This document shows positions 48,295-57,212 of a DNA stretch of 64,000 nt, in pieces. The notes beneath the pieces are model-generated. The model made no database searches. It saw only the letters and a list, made by a program, of their open reading frames with translations, and was not told the origin of the DNA. This DNA comes from an uncultured Gemmatimonadales bacterium. GTDB lineage: Bacteria > Gemmatimonadota > Gemmatimonadetes > Gemmatimonadales > Gemmatimonadaceae. Position numbers and translations under genes: made by a program. Position 1 is the stretch's first letter. Every line of letters begins with the position of its first letter. The stretch spans positions 96,001 to 160,000 of the forward strand of contig CAWKNZ010000009.1 in assembly GCA_963851265.1 (NCBI GenBank). Direction: 5' to 3'.

Positions 48295-49542
48295 ATGTTC
48301 CGACTCTTGGGAGTCTCTGCGCTGTGTGTGGCGTGGGCCCCGATCGCGGCGGCCCAGGGACTCCGCAGCCAACTCGACAAGCTCCTCACGTTCGGGGCGT
48401 GGCCGGCGCCGCTCCAGGTGGGCGTCGTGGCGCCCGACGGTCGGTCCATCGTACCGAGCAACGCGTTCTCCCCGAGTGCCGTCGGCGCCAACGGCCAGCT
48501 CGCGTCCTTCCTCGTCGCCTGGATGACCGCGGATGCGTCGAGCCCACCGCTCGCTTCCACCGGAGGCGGCCGCACGTTCCGCTTCGCAGGTGGAATCCCG
48601 GTGGAGGACCGACCCGCCCCCGGGCCGATCTTCGGCGAGAGTGCCACCACCCTCGGCCGCGGGGCGCTGCTCGCCGGCGTCAACTACACCGGCGTCCAAT
48701 TCTCGCGCGTGCGGGGCGTCCCGATGAACGCGCTCGACCTCACGCTCACGCAGGGCCCGGCCGCCGGCGCGAACGCCGATGCGATCGATCTGCGCCTCTC
48801 CGTGGACTACGCGATGTCGGTGACCGCGCTGTTCGCGACCTGGGGCGTCCTCGACCGTGTGGACCTGGGGATCGTCGTCCCAGTCGTCCGGACCCGACTG
48901 ACCGGGGCGAGCACCGCGCGCGTCGTCAGCGGATCCGGCGCACAGCCTTCGACCGTGCTCGGCGGTTCGCCCGAGGCGCCCCTCTACACGTCGCAGCAGA
49001 GCATCGCGGGCCGAGCGTCCGGCATCGGCGACGTCGCGCTGCGCGCGAAGGTCAACATCATCGACCGGCCGGCCGGCGGACTCGGGGTCGTGGGCGACGC
49101 GCGGCTACCGACGGGCGACGCGAACAACTTGCTCGGCAGCGGCACGTTCTCGGCCCGACTTCTCGCCGTGTACTCCGGCCGGTTCGGACAGATCGTGCCT
49201 CACGCGGAGGCAGGCTACCTGTACTTCGCCGACCGTACCATCAATGACGCGTTCCTCGCGACGGTCGGGCTCGACGGAGACATGGCCCGTTGGGCCACGG
49301 TCTCTCTCAGCGTCATCGGCCAGCGCCATGCCGGCAGTAGCGCGTACCAGCTCCCGGCGGCGACCAACCGGCAGCCGCTGACGAACATCCCCGACGTTCG
49401 CGACGACGCGCTCAGCGCGTCGCTCGGCGCGAAGGTCGGCGTCGGCGGCACGCGCGCGACCGCAAACGTCATCGCGCCGTTCACGCGCGGTGGCCCGCGC
49501 CCAGATCTCGCCTACACCTTTGGCGTCGAGCGGGTGTTCTGA
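48295..49542 (+). CDS. Putative outer-membrane beta-barrel protein
   Basis: GGAGG RBS, signal peptide, GIGDV.LRAK, LPTGD..N.LGSG, alternating beta strands, C-terminal Phe. Confidence 0.7.
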   Translation: MFRLLGVSALCVAWAPIAAAQGLRSQLDKLLTFGAWPAPLQVGVVAPDGRSIVPSNAFSPSAVGANGQLASFLVAWMTADASSPPLASTGGGRTFRFAGGIPVEDRPAPGPIFGESATTLGRGALLAGVNYTGVQFSRVRGVPMNALDLTLTQGPAAGANADAIDLRLSVDYAMSVTALFATWGVLDRVDLGIVVPVVRTRLTGASTARVVSGSGAQPSTVLGGSPEAPLYTSQQSIAGRASGIGDVALRAKVNIIDRPAGGLGVVGDARLPTGDANNLLGSGTFSARLLAVYSGRFGQIVPHAEAGYLYFADRTINDAFLATVGLDGDMARWATVSLSVIGQRHAGSSAYQLPAATNRQPLTNIPDVRDDALSASLGAKVGVGGTRATANVIAPFTRGGPRPDLAYTFGVERVF

Positions 49543-49582
49543 CGTGTGACACCGCGCGCCGTGCGGTCCGCCCGACGCACGC

Positions 49583-50638
49583 TCATTCGACCGTACGCAA
49601 TCGCCACCCGGCCGCGGCGCGGGAGAGCGTGACGACGAAGTGCACCGCCACCCGCTCGGTCCGATGCGGCCGCAAGTTCTGGTACTCGTACGTGCCGTGG
49701 ACGCGAGCCCGCGCCGTCGCACCCGAGCCCACGAGATCTCCCACCTCGAGTCGCGCGTGCAGATCGGACACCGAGCCGAAGAACGAGGCCCACGCGCGGC
49801 GTTGGTCCTCCGGCATGTCCGGGTACACGCGCTGCAACGCGGCCAGGTCGCGCGCCTCGATCGCCTGTCCGTACTCGGTGATCGCGACCTGAACACCGGC
49901 CGCGCGTATCGCGGCCTCGGTGCTGGCGTTGCTACTCACCGTGCCCGCGGCACCGGGCCCGGCGTCGGAACCAGCGTCAGGGGGCGCGCCGATGCTTCCC
50001 GCGCGCGCGGACGCCGGACCCGCCGCGATCACCTCCCCGGCCGCCGATCGCGTGGCCGGTGACGCCGGCGAGGCGACGAGATCGGGAGTCGATGAGCGCT
50101 TGGGGACCTGCGCCTCGCCATCCCGCGCAAGCGCGTCCGGCGCGGACGTAGCGAGGTCCACACGCGCCGAATCGTACGTAGTGACGCCGACGACGGACTC
50201 CAGGCCGAAGGCCTCACCCACACGTCGCGCCGAGACGCGCCCGGCGGACGGTAGCATCACCCCCCGCGCACCGACGTCGACCAGCGATGATGGAAGTCCC
50301 CGGTCGCTTGATGAAGCGCCGGGGGGCGCGAGCCCCTGCTGGAGCGCGTCGGCGAGCAGATCGCTCGGCGCGCCGAGCAACCGAAACAGGGCCGCGCGCG
50401 CTGCGACGTTGTTGGGGTCGGCGCGGACGGCGGCTGCGAGCGAGCGGCGCGCCGCCGCGACGTCTTCGGCCGCCGGTGCGGCGAGTCGCGCGCTCCCCCA
50501 GCCGTCCCCGAGGTGCGCGCCGAGGCTGGCACGGGCCGCCGCCCGCGCCTCGCGTTCTGAATTGCACGCGCTCGCGCCCAGTGCGGCCACGAGCGTCGCG
50601 GTCATCACGATCGTTGCCCAGCCAGTCGGTTGTGGCAT
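49583..50638 (-). CDS. Hypothetical lipoprotein with C-terminal NTF2-like domain
   Basis: Lipobox ASAC, low-complexity linker, then Y..AIE.RD...L..VYP ... GWR; start uncertain. Confidence 0.6.
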   Translation of the reverse strand: MPQPTGWATIVMTATLVAALGASACNSEREARAAARASLGAHLGDGWGSARLAAPAAEDVAAARRSLAAAVRADPNNVAARAALFRLLGAPSDLLADALQQGLAPPGASSSDRGLPSSLVDVGARGVMLPSAGRVSARRVGEAFGLESVVGVTTYDSARVDLATSAPDALARDGEAQVPKRSSTPDLVASPASPATRSAAGEVIAAGPASARAGSIGAPPDAGSDAGPGAAGTVSSNASTEAAIRAAGVQVAITEYGQAIEARDLAALQRVYPDMPEDQRRAWASFFGSVSDLHARLEVGDLVGSGATARARVHGTYEYQNLRPHRTERVAVHFVVTLSRAAAGWRLRTVE

Positions 50639-51380
50639 CGCCAGGAGACGCACGCGGAGGCCTCGCCCGGATCGCTGATCGCCTCGACGTCGCGGAGCGG
50701 CAAGCACGCACGTCACCGAATCGTGAGCGCGTCGGCCTCGGGGGTTTCGGCCAAGGTAGGTCCCGGCATCGGCATCCGCGAGCAGGAAGGCATCGCGCGG
50801 CGTCAGGACGGGATCGGAAGGACCCGACGTCGGTGCAACGACGGTGGCGCGGGACGGCGGTGCCCGACCGAACGACGAGACGCGCGCGACCGGCAACCAC
50901 GTCGCGATCCCGCTCGACCCGGGTCATGTGCACCCGCGAGTCGCGTTGCGCCGGGGGTCGGTCCAGCGTCAACCGCGCGGTGCGACGCGGACCCCTGCGT
51001 CCTGACGCGCCGCCACACCGCGTTCAAGTCGGCACCCGCCGCGCCGAGACTCCGGAACGCGCGGACCCTTCGCACGGCCGCGCATCGTGCGCTGCCCGCG
51101 ACGCCTGCGTGCGACCCCCTCGTTCGCTCCTCCGACGCGGTGGGGCCAGCATGCCACGTCCCGGCTGCACCGGGACGCGGTGTGCCGGCCCCGCAATTGG
51201 GGGGATCACCGCCATCCGCGCGAGCGCGATGAATCTCCGTCTGGTGCAGCACCACGATCCCACGCCGACCGCGCACGTCGCACCGCCCGCTCCGCGGTCG
51301 GCGGTTCTACCGACGTCGGCGCGCCGAGTGGACGCAACGCGGGCTCGCGCGTGACGCGGTCGACGGAGGGTGACCGCCCG

Positions 51381-53447
51381 ATGCCTCGCGCGGTCGGCTT
51401 CGTGGGGCGCGTTGCGCGACGCGGCCTCGCCCACGTGCGGCAGGGATTCGGGCAGCCCGCGATGGGACCGACGCGAGCCGAGCAGGCGTTCGAGGACCTA
51501 CACCTGGCGCGCGAGGAAGCCGAGAGCACGGCCGCTCGCCTCCGCACGGTCGCGGACGTGGCCGGCGGCGTCATCCGGGCCGACTCCTTGCCCGCCCTGC
51601 ACGCGGTGCTCCGCGACGTCTGCGGTCAGCTGTTCACGTTCGACCGCTTCGCGGTGGTCGCGGGTGAGCCGGTCGGCCCACCCGGCACCCCCGTGCCATT
51701 GCGCGCCCTCGGGGACTCCGATCCGTCCCTGGCCGCTGTCGTCGTCGGCGGGATCACGGTCGCCGGGTGCGGGACCGCGCGGCCCGACTCGTTCTCGACG
51801 AGCGCGTCGTCGGTTCTTGCGGCATCGGACTGCTCGACCCTCGTCAGACCCGTGCTCGGCGACGACGCGGTGCTCGGCTATATCGCCCTGGGCGCCGACC
51901 GACCCGACGCCTTCCGAGTGAGCGACGGCGAGGTGCTCGAAGCGCTTGCCGCGCTGGCGGCCACCGCGATTCGCAACTTGGTGCTCGTCGGCGAGCTGCG
52001 GTACTCGCGCGAGGCGTACGCGCACCAGGCGCTGCACGATCCGCTGACCGGACTTCCCAACCGTGCCGGGCTGCACGAGCACCTCGCGCGGGTGCTGGGC
52101 GGCCCGCACCCGGAGCGCGTGAGCGTGCTCGTCCTCGACCTCGACGGCTTCAAGCGCGTCAACGATTCGTTAGGCCACCCGCAGGGCGACAGCCTGCTGG
52201 TGCAGGTCGCGGAGCGCCTGCTCGACGCCACGCGCGGCAGCGACACGGTCGCGCGACTCGGCGGCGACGAGTTTGCCGTGCTGCTCGAGAACACCCGTGC
52301 GCCGGACGACGCCGTCGCGGTCGCCGAGCGCGTCCTCGGGGCGCTCCGCGCGCCATTCGACCTCGGCGGCGCCGAGGCCATGGTCGGCACGAGCGTGGGT
52401 ATCGCGTTCAGCGGCGCCGCCGAGGCGGACCTTCTGGGCGACGCGACGGCTCTGGGCGACGCCCTGCTGCGCGACGCGGACCTCGCCATGTACCGCGCGA
52501 AAGAATCGGGCAAGGGGCGATACGTAGTCTACGAGCCTCACATGCACGCGGAGGCGGTCAGTCGCCTCGAGCGCGAGGCCGATTTACGCGCGGCGATCGA
52601 GAAGCGCGAATTCCGCCTGTATTACCAGCCGATCGTAGCGCTCGAGACTGGGGCGGCGCTCGGCGTGGAAGCGCTGGTCCGCTGGGAGCACCCGCTTCGT
52701 GGCCTCGTCCCGCCTGCCGAGTTCATCCCGCTCGCCGAGGAGACCGGACTCATCGTGCCGCTCGGCCGTTGGGTCCTGGGCGAGGCGTGCCGCCAGGCGC
52801 GCGTGTGGGCCGACCACGCGTGGGGGACCGACCTCACCGTGACCGTGAACGTGTCGGGCATCCAGCTCTACGACGCCGCGTTCGTCGAGGACGTCCGCCT
52901 GGCACTCGCGGCGAGCGGCGTCACGCCGCAGCGGCTCGTCCTCGAGCTGACCGAAACGGTCATGGTCGACCGACCCGGGCTCGCGCTCGAGCGGTTCAAC
53001 GCACTCAAGGCGCTTGGCGTGCGGCTGGCCATCGACGACTTCGGCACGGGCTATTCGGCACTCAGCTATCTGCGCCAGTTTCCGTTCGACGTCCTCAAGA
53101 TCGACAAGAGCTTCGTGGACGAGGTTGCCACCCGCGGGCAGGCCGCGACGCTCGCGGCGGCGATCGTCGCGCTCGGCAACGCATTCGCCCTGCGCACGGT
53201 GGCGGAGGGCGTCGAGTCGGCCGACCAGGCCACGGCACTCGGCGAGATCGGCTGCGCGATCGCGCAAGGGTACCATTTCAGCCGACCGCTCGCGGCGGAG
53301 GCGGTGACGGCCTGGCTCGCGGCCGAGCGGGTCGCCCCCGCGCCCGACCCACTCGGCGGGGTCACCGAAACGAGGTGGGCGCGGGAGCCCGCGGGCGGGC
53401 GGGCGGCGCCGCTGCGCACCGTGGCGACGCGCGGCGAGCTGCCGTAA
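51381..53447 (+). CDS. GAF-GGDEF-EAL c-di-GMP cyclase/phosphodiesterase
   Basis: HDPLTGLPNR, RGSD I-site, GGDEF, EAL, DDFGTGYS, AEGVE and QGY all intact; start uncertain. Confidence 0.93.
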   Translation: MPRAVGFVGRVARRGLAHVRQGFGQPAMGPTRAEQAFEDLHLAREEAESTAARLRTVADVAGGVIRADSLPALHAVLRDVCGQLFTFDRFAVVAGEPVGPPGTPVPLRALGDSDPSLAAVVVGGITVAGCGTARPDSFSTSASSVLAASDCSTLVRPVLGDDAVLGYIALGADRPDAFRVSDGEVLEALAALAATAIRNLVLVGELRYSREAYAHQALHDPLTGLPNRAGLHEHLARVLGGPHPERVSVLVLDLDGFKRVNDSLGHPQGDSLLVQVAERLLDATRGSDTVARLGGDEFAVLLENTRAPDDAVAVAERVLGALRAPFDLGGAEAMVGTSVGIAFSGAAEADLLGDATALGDALLRDADLAMYRAKESGKGRYVVYEPHMHAEAVSRLEREADLRAAIEKREFRLYYQPIVALETGAALGVEALVRWEHPLRGLVPPAEFIPLAEETGLIVPLGRWVLGEACRQARVWADHAWGTDLTVTVNVSGIQLYDAAFVEDVRLALAASGVTPQRLVLELTETVMVDRPGLALERFNALKALGVRLAIDDFGTGYSALSYLRQFPFDVLKIDKSFVDEVATRGQAATLAAAIVALGNAFALRTVAEGVESADQATALGEIGCAIAQGYHFSRPLAAEAVTAWLAAERVAPAPDPLGGVTETRWAREPAGGRAAPLRTVATRGELP

Positions 53448-53490
53448 CCGCCGGCAGCCGAGGGCGTGTCGGCGGTCGCAGGCGGGTCGA

Positions 53491-54975
53491 CTACGCCGAG
53501 TCGGCGCGGCTGCGATCGCGCCCCGTGGGGAAGCGGCGGTCGAGCTCCCCCTTGCCGGTCCGCACCCACGCATCACGCGTCACGCGGACGATCCGCAACG
53601 GGCGCGCGGCGAGTGGGCCTAACAAATCCGGGAGGTCGCCGGCCTCCGGCACCGGCTCCACCTCGCCGGCAGTCGACAGGGCCAGCACCAGCGTCCGCCC
53701 GTCGGGCGACGACAGCAGGACGTCGGTGAGCTGCGGCCAGCGCGCACGCACCGCGCGCTCGACGGAAGCGGCGGGCACGAACCGGCCGTTCTCCAGCTTG
53801 AAGCTGTCTGCCGTGCGCCCCTCGAACGTGTAGGTGCCGTCGAACTCCCGCCTCGCGAGGTCGCCGGTGCGCACCCAGCGCCCGGGTGGCTCGACGCTGA
53901 TCCCGAGACCTCCGGCCGCGTCGGCCTCCCACACGCCGAGGCAGGCGTTCGCGCCGCGAAACGCGAGCACGTCGTCGGCGTCGAGGCGGACCTCACAGCC
54001 GACTGGGTGACCGAGCGCGCCCGCGTGCCACGCTCCCGGATCACCCATCGTGATGCCCGGCGAGGCTTCGGTCTGACCGTACCCCACGCGCAGTCGCGTG
54101 CCGCGGAGCAGATCGGCGAGTGTCGAGTCGACCGGCGCCCCACCGATCACCCCGCCGCGCAGCCGGCCTAACAGCGCGCGGCCCTCGTCGCGTTCGGCGA
54201 GCAGGCGCAAGGTGTACGGCACGGCGTGCAGGTGCGTGATCGGATGCTCGGCCGCCACGGCCAGCATGGCCGCGGCGTCGCGCCCCCCCGAGGGGTCGCG
54301 CAACAGCTCGGCGCCGGCCAGCAGCGCGGGGAGCAACTCGAGCACCAGGCCGAACGCGTGATGCCACGGCAGCACCGAGAGGACCACGGCCCCATCCATG
54401 GCCAGCAGCGGGGTGTGGCTTGCCAACACCGCTCGCACGTTGGCGTCGGAGAGCGCCACGCGCCGCGGGGCCCCAGTCGTACCACTGGTCTCGAGGAGGA
54501 ATCGCGCCTCGCGGGTCGGCCCCGAGCGTGCCGGGCGCGGGATCACGGCAACGTCGGGCGGCGTGCCCGCGCGCTCCGCGGCGACGATCGCGGCAGCCGC
54601 CGGGCGGCCTGGTGCGACCACGGCATAGCGCGCATCGACGAGGTCGAGCAGGGACGCGACGTCGGCGCTGGCCGGCGCGGGCACGAACGTCAGATCGTCC
54701 CAGAGGGCCGCGACGAGCAGCATCGCGAAGCCCGGGCCGGGCGGCAGTGCACACACGACGCGGTCGCCCGGGCCGACGCCGTGCGTCCGCCACCACGCCG
54801 TCCACCGGCGCGCACCGGCCCACAGCGAGGCGGCGGCCACGAGGTCGTCACGCGTCCACAGCAGCGGGAGCGGACGGCCGCGGAGCCGGCGGTAGAGCGC
54901 GTCGCGCCACGACGACTCCGGCGCGGCACGCTCCGGCGCGAAATCCGTGACCGCAGCATCAGGTCGCACGTCCAT
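53491..54975 (-). CDS. pcl: AMP-dependent acyl-CoA ligase, probable p-coumaroyl-CoA ligase for PYP
   Basis: TSGTTG, LPWHH.FG, GYGQTE, RTGD and terminal GK; substrate inferred from position next to pyp and tal. Confidence 0.8.
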   Translation of the reverse strand: MDVRPDAAVTDFAPERAAPESSWRDALYRRLRGRPLPLLWTRDDLVAAASLWAGARRWTAWWRTHGVGPGDRVVCALPPGPGFAMLLVAALWDDLTFVPAPASADVASLLDLVDARYAVVAPGRPAAAAIVAAERAGTPPDVAVIPRPARSGPTREARFLLETSGTTGAPRRVALSDANVRAVLASHTPLLAMDGAVVLSVLPWHHAFGLVLELLPALLAGAELLRDPSGGRDAAAMLAVAAEHPITHLHAVPYTLRLLAERDEGRALLGRLRGGVIGGAPVDSTLADLLRGTRLRVGYGQTEASPGITMGDPGAWHAGALGHPVGCEVRLDADDVLAFRGANACLGVWEADAAGGLGISVEPPGRWVRTGDLARREFDGTYTFEGRTADSFKLENGRFVPAASVERAVRARWPQLTDVLLSSPDGRTLVLALSTAGEVEPVPEAGDLPDLLGPLAARPLRIVRVTRDAWVRTGKGELDRRFPTGRDRSRADSA

Positions 54976-55080
54976 GCCGCGAACGTTACAACCTTAGACC
55001 GGCCGGTCCGACAGTCCGAAGCGAAGGCGCGGCGACGGGCCGAATCGGCCGCGGTCCACCCCCCGCCCCTGTTCGTCGTG

Positions 55081-55416
55081 ATGTCATCCCTCGATGCCCC
55101 TCGGCCTGCACCCGCGAGCGCCGGCGCTCCCGACGCCCTGCACGAGATGGTCGCGAGCCTCGAGGCGCAACTCGTCTCGCTCTACGCAGAGCGCGAAGCC
55201 GAGGTCGCCGAGGCCGACACTCTGCGCGCCGCCGTCGCCAGCCTCGAAGAGCAGGCGCGCGCGTGGTACGCGAGCGTCGAGCGCCTCGGCGGTCGCACCG
55301 TCGACGAGGCCGCCGACGCGCTCGTGAGTTACGAGGCCCAGCTCGATGCGCTCTACGCCGCGGTCGACGCGACCCCCGGCGACGGCGGCAGCGCTCCCGC
55401 TTCGACGCCCGCCTGA
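55081..55416 (+). CDS. Hypothetical 111-aa protein with three S[LY]ExQxxxxY helical repeats
   Basis: VASLEAQLVSLY, VASLEEQARAWY and LVSYEAQLDALY; first gene of the pyp operon. Confidence 0.7.
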   Translation: MSSLDAPRPAPASAGAPDALHEMVASLEAQLVSLYAEREAEVAEADTLRAAVASLEEQARAWYASVERLGGRTVDEAADALVSYEAQLDALYAAVDATPGDGGSAPASTPA

Positions 55417-55459
55417 ACCGCACTGCGTTCACACCACCTCCACCATCCCGACTTCACCC

Positions 55460-55828
55460 ATGTCCTTCGTTCCTCAGGCCGTCATCGACGGCCTCGCCGA
55501 GTTCTCGCGCTCCCAGGCCGACGCCCAGCCGTTCGGTGTCGTCCGCGTCACCGACGAGGGCATCGTCACGCTCTACAACCGCTGGGAATCCGGCCTCGCG
55601 GGCGTCGCCATCGAGACCGCCGAGGGCCGCAACTTCTTCACGCAGATCGCGCCGTGCACCAACAACCGCCTCGTGTTCGGCCGGTTCAAGGACGGCGTGC
55701 AGAAGAAGCAGCTCGACTCGGAGTTCAACTACACGTTCACGTACAAGATGAAGCCGACCAACGTCGCGCTTCGTCTCTTCCGGCACGAGCCTACGGCGAC
55801 GAACTGGGTGTTCGTCGGGCTGCGCTGA
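55460..55828 (+). CDS. pyp: Photoactive yellow protein (122 aa)
   Basis: PFG, YNxxE (Tyr42/Glu46 equivalents), GRNFFxxIAPCT (Cys69 equivalent), YTFTYKM.PT.V and WVFV. Confidence 0.95.
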   Translation: MSFVPQAVIDGLAEFSRSQADAQPFGVVRVTDEGIVTLYNRWESGLAGVAIETAEGRNFFTQIAPCTNNRLVFGRFKDGVQKKQLDSEFNYTFTYKMKPTNVALRLFRHEPTATNWVFVGLR

Positions 55829-55850
55829 GCCGCCGCGGAAGAGCCCGGCC

Positions 55851-56306
55851 ATGATCGCCGAACACCTCAGCGTCGCCGCGAACGTCGACCGGCTCGAAGC
55901 GCTCCTCGAGACGACGTGCAACGGGGTGCCCGCCGGCCCGGCCCGTGAGGCGCTCCTCGCGTATGCGCGGCAGAAGCGGGATGGGATGGTGGCGCTCGCC
56001 GCCGCGCTCCACGCGGCGGACGACGAGCCCGAACTCGTCCGCCTGCTCGCCGCGGTGTGGTTGGAGCTGCGCTGCGAGTGGGAGCGGTACAACAACGTGT
56101 CGAACTATCAGCTCTTTCATTCGGGGCACGACGCCGAGCCCCAGGTCATGGCGGCGGCCGCCACGATGTCGGGCATGCTCACGTGGATCGAGGAGGTCGT
56201 TCCCGGGCCGGCCGTCGAACTCATGACCGTCGCGACGCTCGACATGCTCGACCGCATTCGCGCGGACGTGGTGGAGCGCGCGTTGACGGCCGGCACCGCG
56301 GCCTGA
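55851..56306 (+). CDS. Hypothetical helical protein in the pyp operon
   Basis: Clean ORF between pyp and the MCP; WLELRCEWERYN segment; family not recognised. Confidence 0.7.
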   Translation: MIAEHLSVAANVDRLEALLETTCNGVPAGPAREALLAYARQKRDGMVALAAALHAADDEPELVRLLAAVWLELRCEWERYNNVSNYQLFHSGHDAEPQVMAAAATMSGMLTWIEEVVPGPAVELMTVATLDMLDRIRADVVERALTAGTAA

Positions 56307-56318
56307 CCAGGCGCCTTC

Positions 56319-57212
56319 GTGGTAGACACCGTCAGCTACACGCCGCGCTTTGCCTGGGCGATGGTGGCCGCACCGGCCGCCACGGGGAGCGCCGTCGTCG
56401 CAACCAACGGGCCCGTAACCGGCGGGCCCGCGCAGGCGGGGCCGCCGAACGGCGCGGCGCTCGCGGAACTCGCGGCCGGGCTCGAGCGGAGCCGCGAGCG
56501 CGTGGAGACGCTGACCAACAGCGCGACCACGGTACTCTGCCTCACCTCGGTCGTGCACACGCAGCTCGCGGACGTGGGCGCGCGCGCGGCCGACGTGAGC
56601 GGCGCGGCCGCGCGCGTGGCCGAGCAGAGCCGCGCTACGGCCACCGCGGCCGCGGAGATTCGCGCCCTGGTCGATGACGCGCGCGCGGCGGTTGCGGCGC
56701 TGGCCGGTCACGCGCGCGACATCGAGCACGTGAGCACGCGCTTGAACGTGCTCGCCGTCGAGGCGCGCTTCGTCGGACTCAACGCGGCCATCGAGGCGGC
56801 GCGCGCCGGCGACGCGGGCCGAACCTTCGCGGTGGTGGCCGACAAGGTCCGCGAACTCGCCGACGGGGCATCCGACGCCGCGACGCAGATCATCGGCCGC
56901 CTCGGGCGCATCCGCGACGACGCGCTGCAGTCCGCGGCCGTGATGGAGCGCGCCGGCGTGTCGGTCGGCGCGATCGACGCGTTCACCGCCGGCGTGGCCG
57001 ACGCCGCGGCGGCGCAGGAGGCGGGCACCGCCGAGATCACGAGCAGCCTAACGCAGGTGTCGGGCGCGGTCGACGAGATCGTCCGTGCGGTAGAGGACAT
57101 CACCGAAGTCGGCATGGTGCTCGGAGACGGGACCGCCGAGAATCTCGCGCTCGCCGGCGCACTCGGCGCCGGCGCGGCGGCTTCCGATCCCGCGCCAGCG
57201 AGCGACTCGTGA
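56319..57212 (+). CDS. Soluble methyl-accepting chemotaxis signalling-domain protein
   Basis: LNAAIEAARAGDAGRTFAVVADKVRELA hairpin; no TM helix or sensor domain. Confidence 0.88.
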   Translation: MVDTVSYTPRFAWAMVAAPAATGSAVVATNGPVTGGPAQAGPPNGAALAELAAGLERSRERVETLTNSATTVLCLTSVVHTQLADVGARAADVSGAAARVAEQSRATATAAAEIRALVDDARAAVAALAGHARDIEHVSTRLNVLAVEARFVGLNAAIEAARAGDAGRTFAVVADKVRELADGASDAATQIIGRLGRIRDDALQSAAVMERAGVSVGAIDAFTAGVADAAAAQEAGTAEITSSLTQVSGAVDEIVRAVEDITEVGMVLGDGTAENLALAGALGAGAAASDPAPASDS

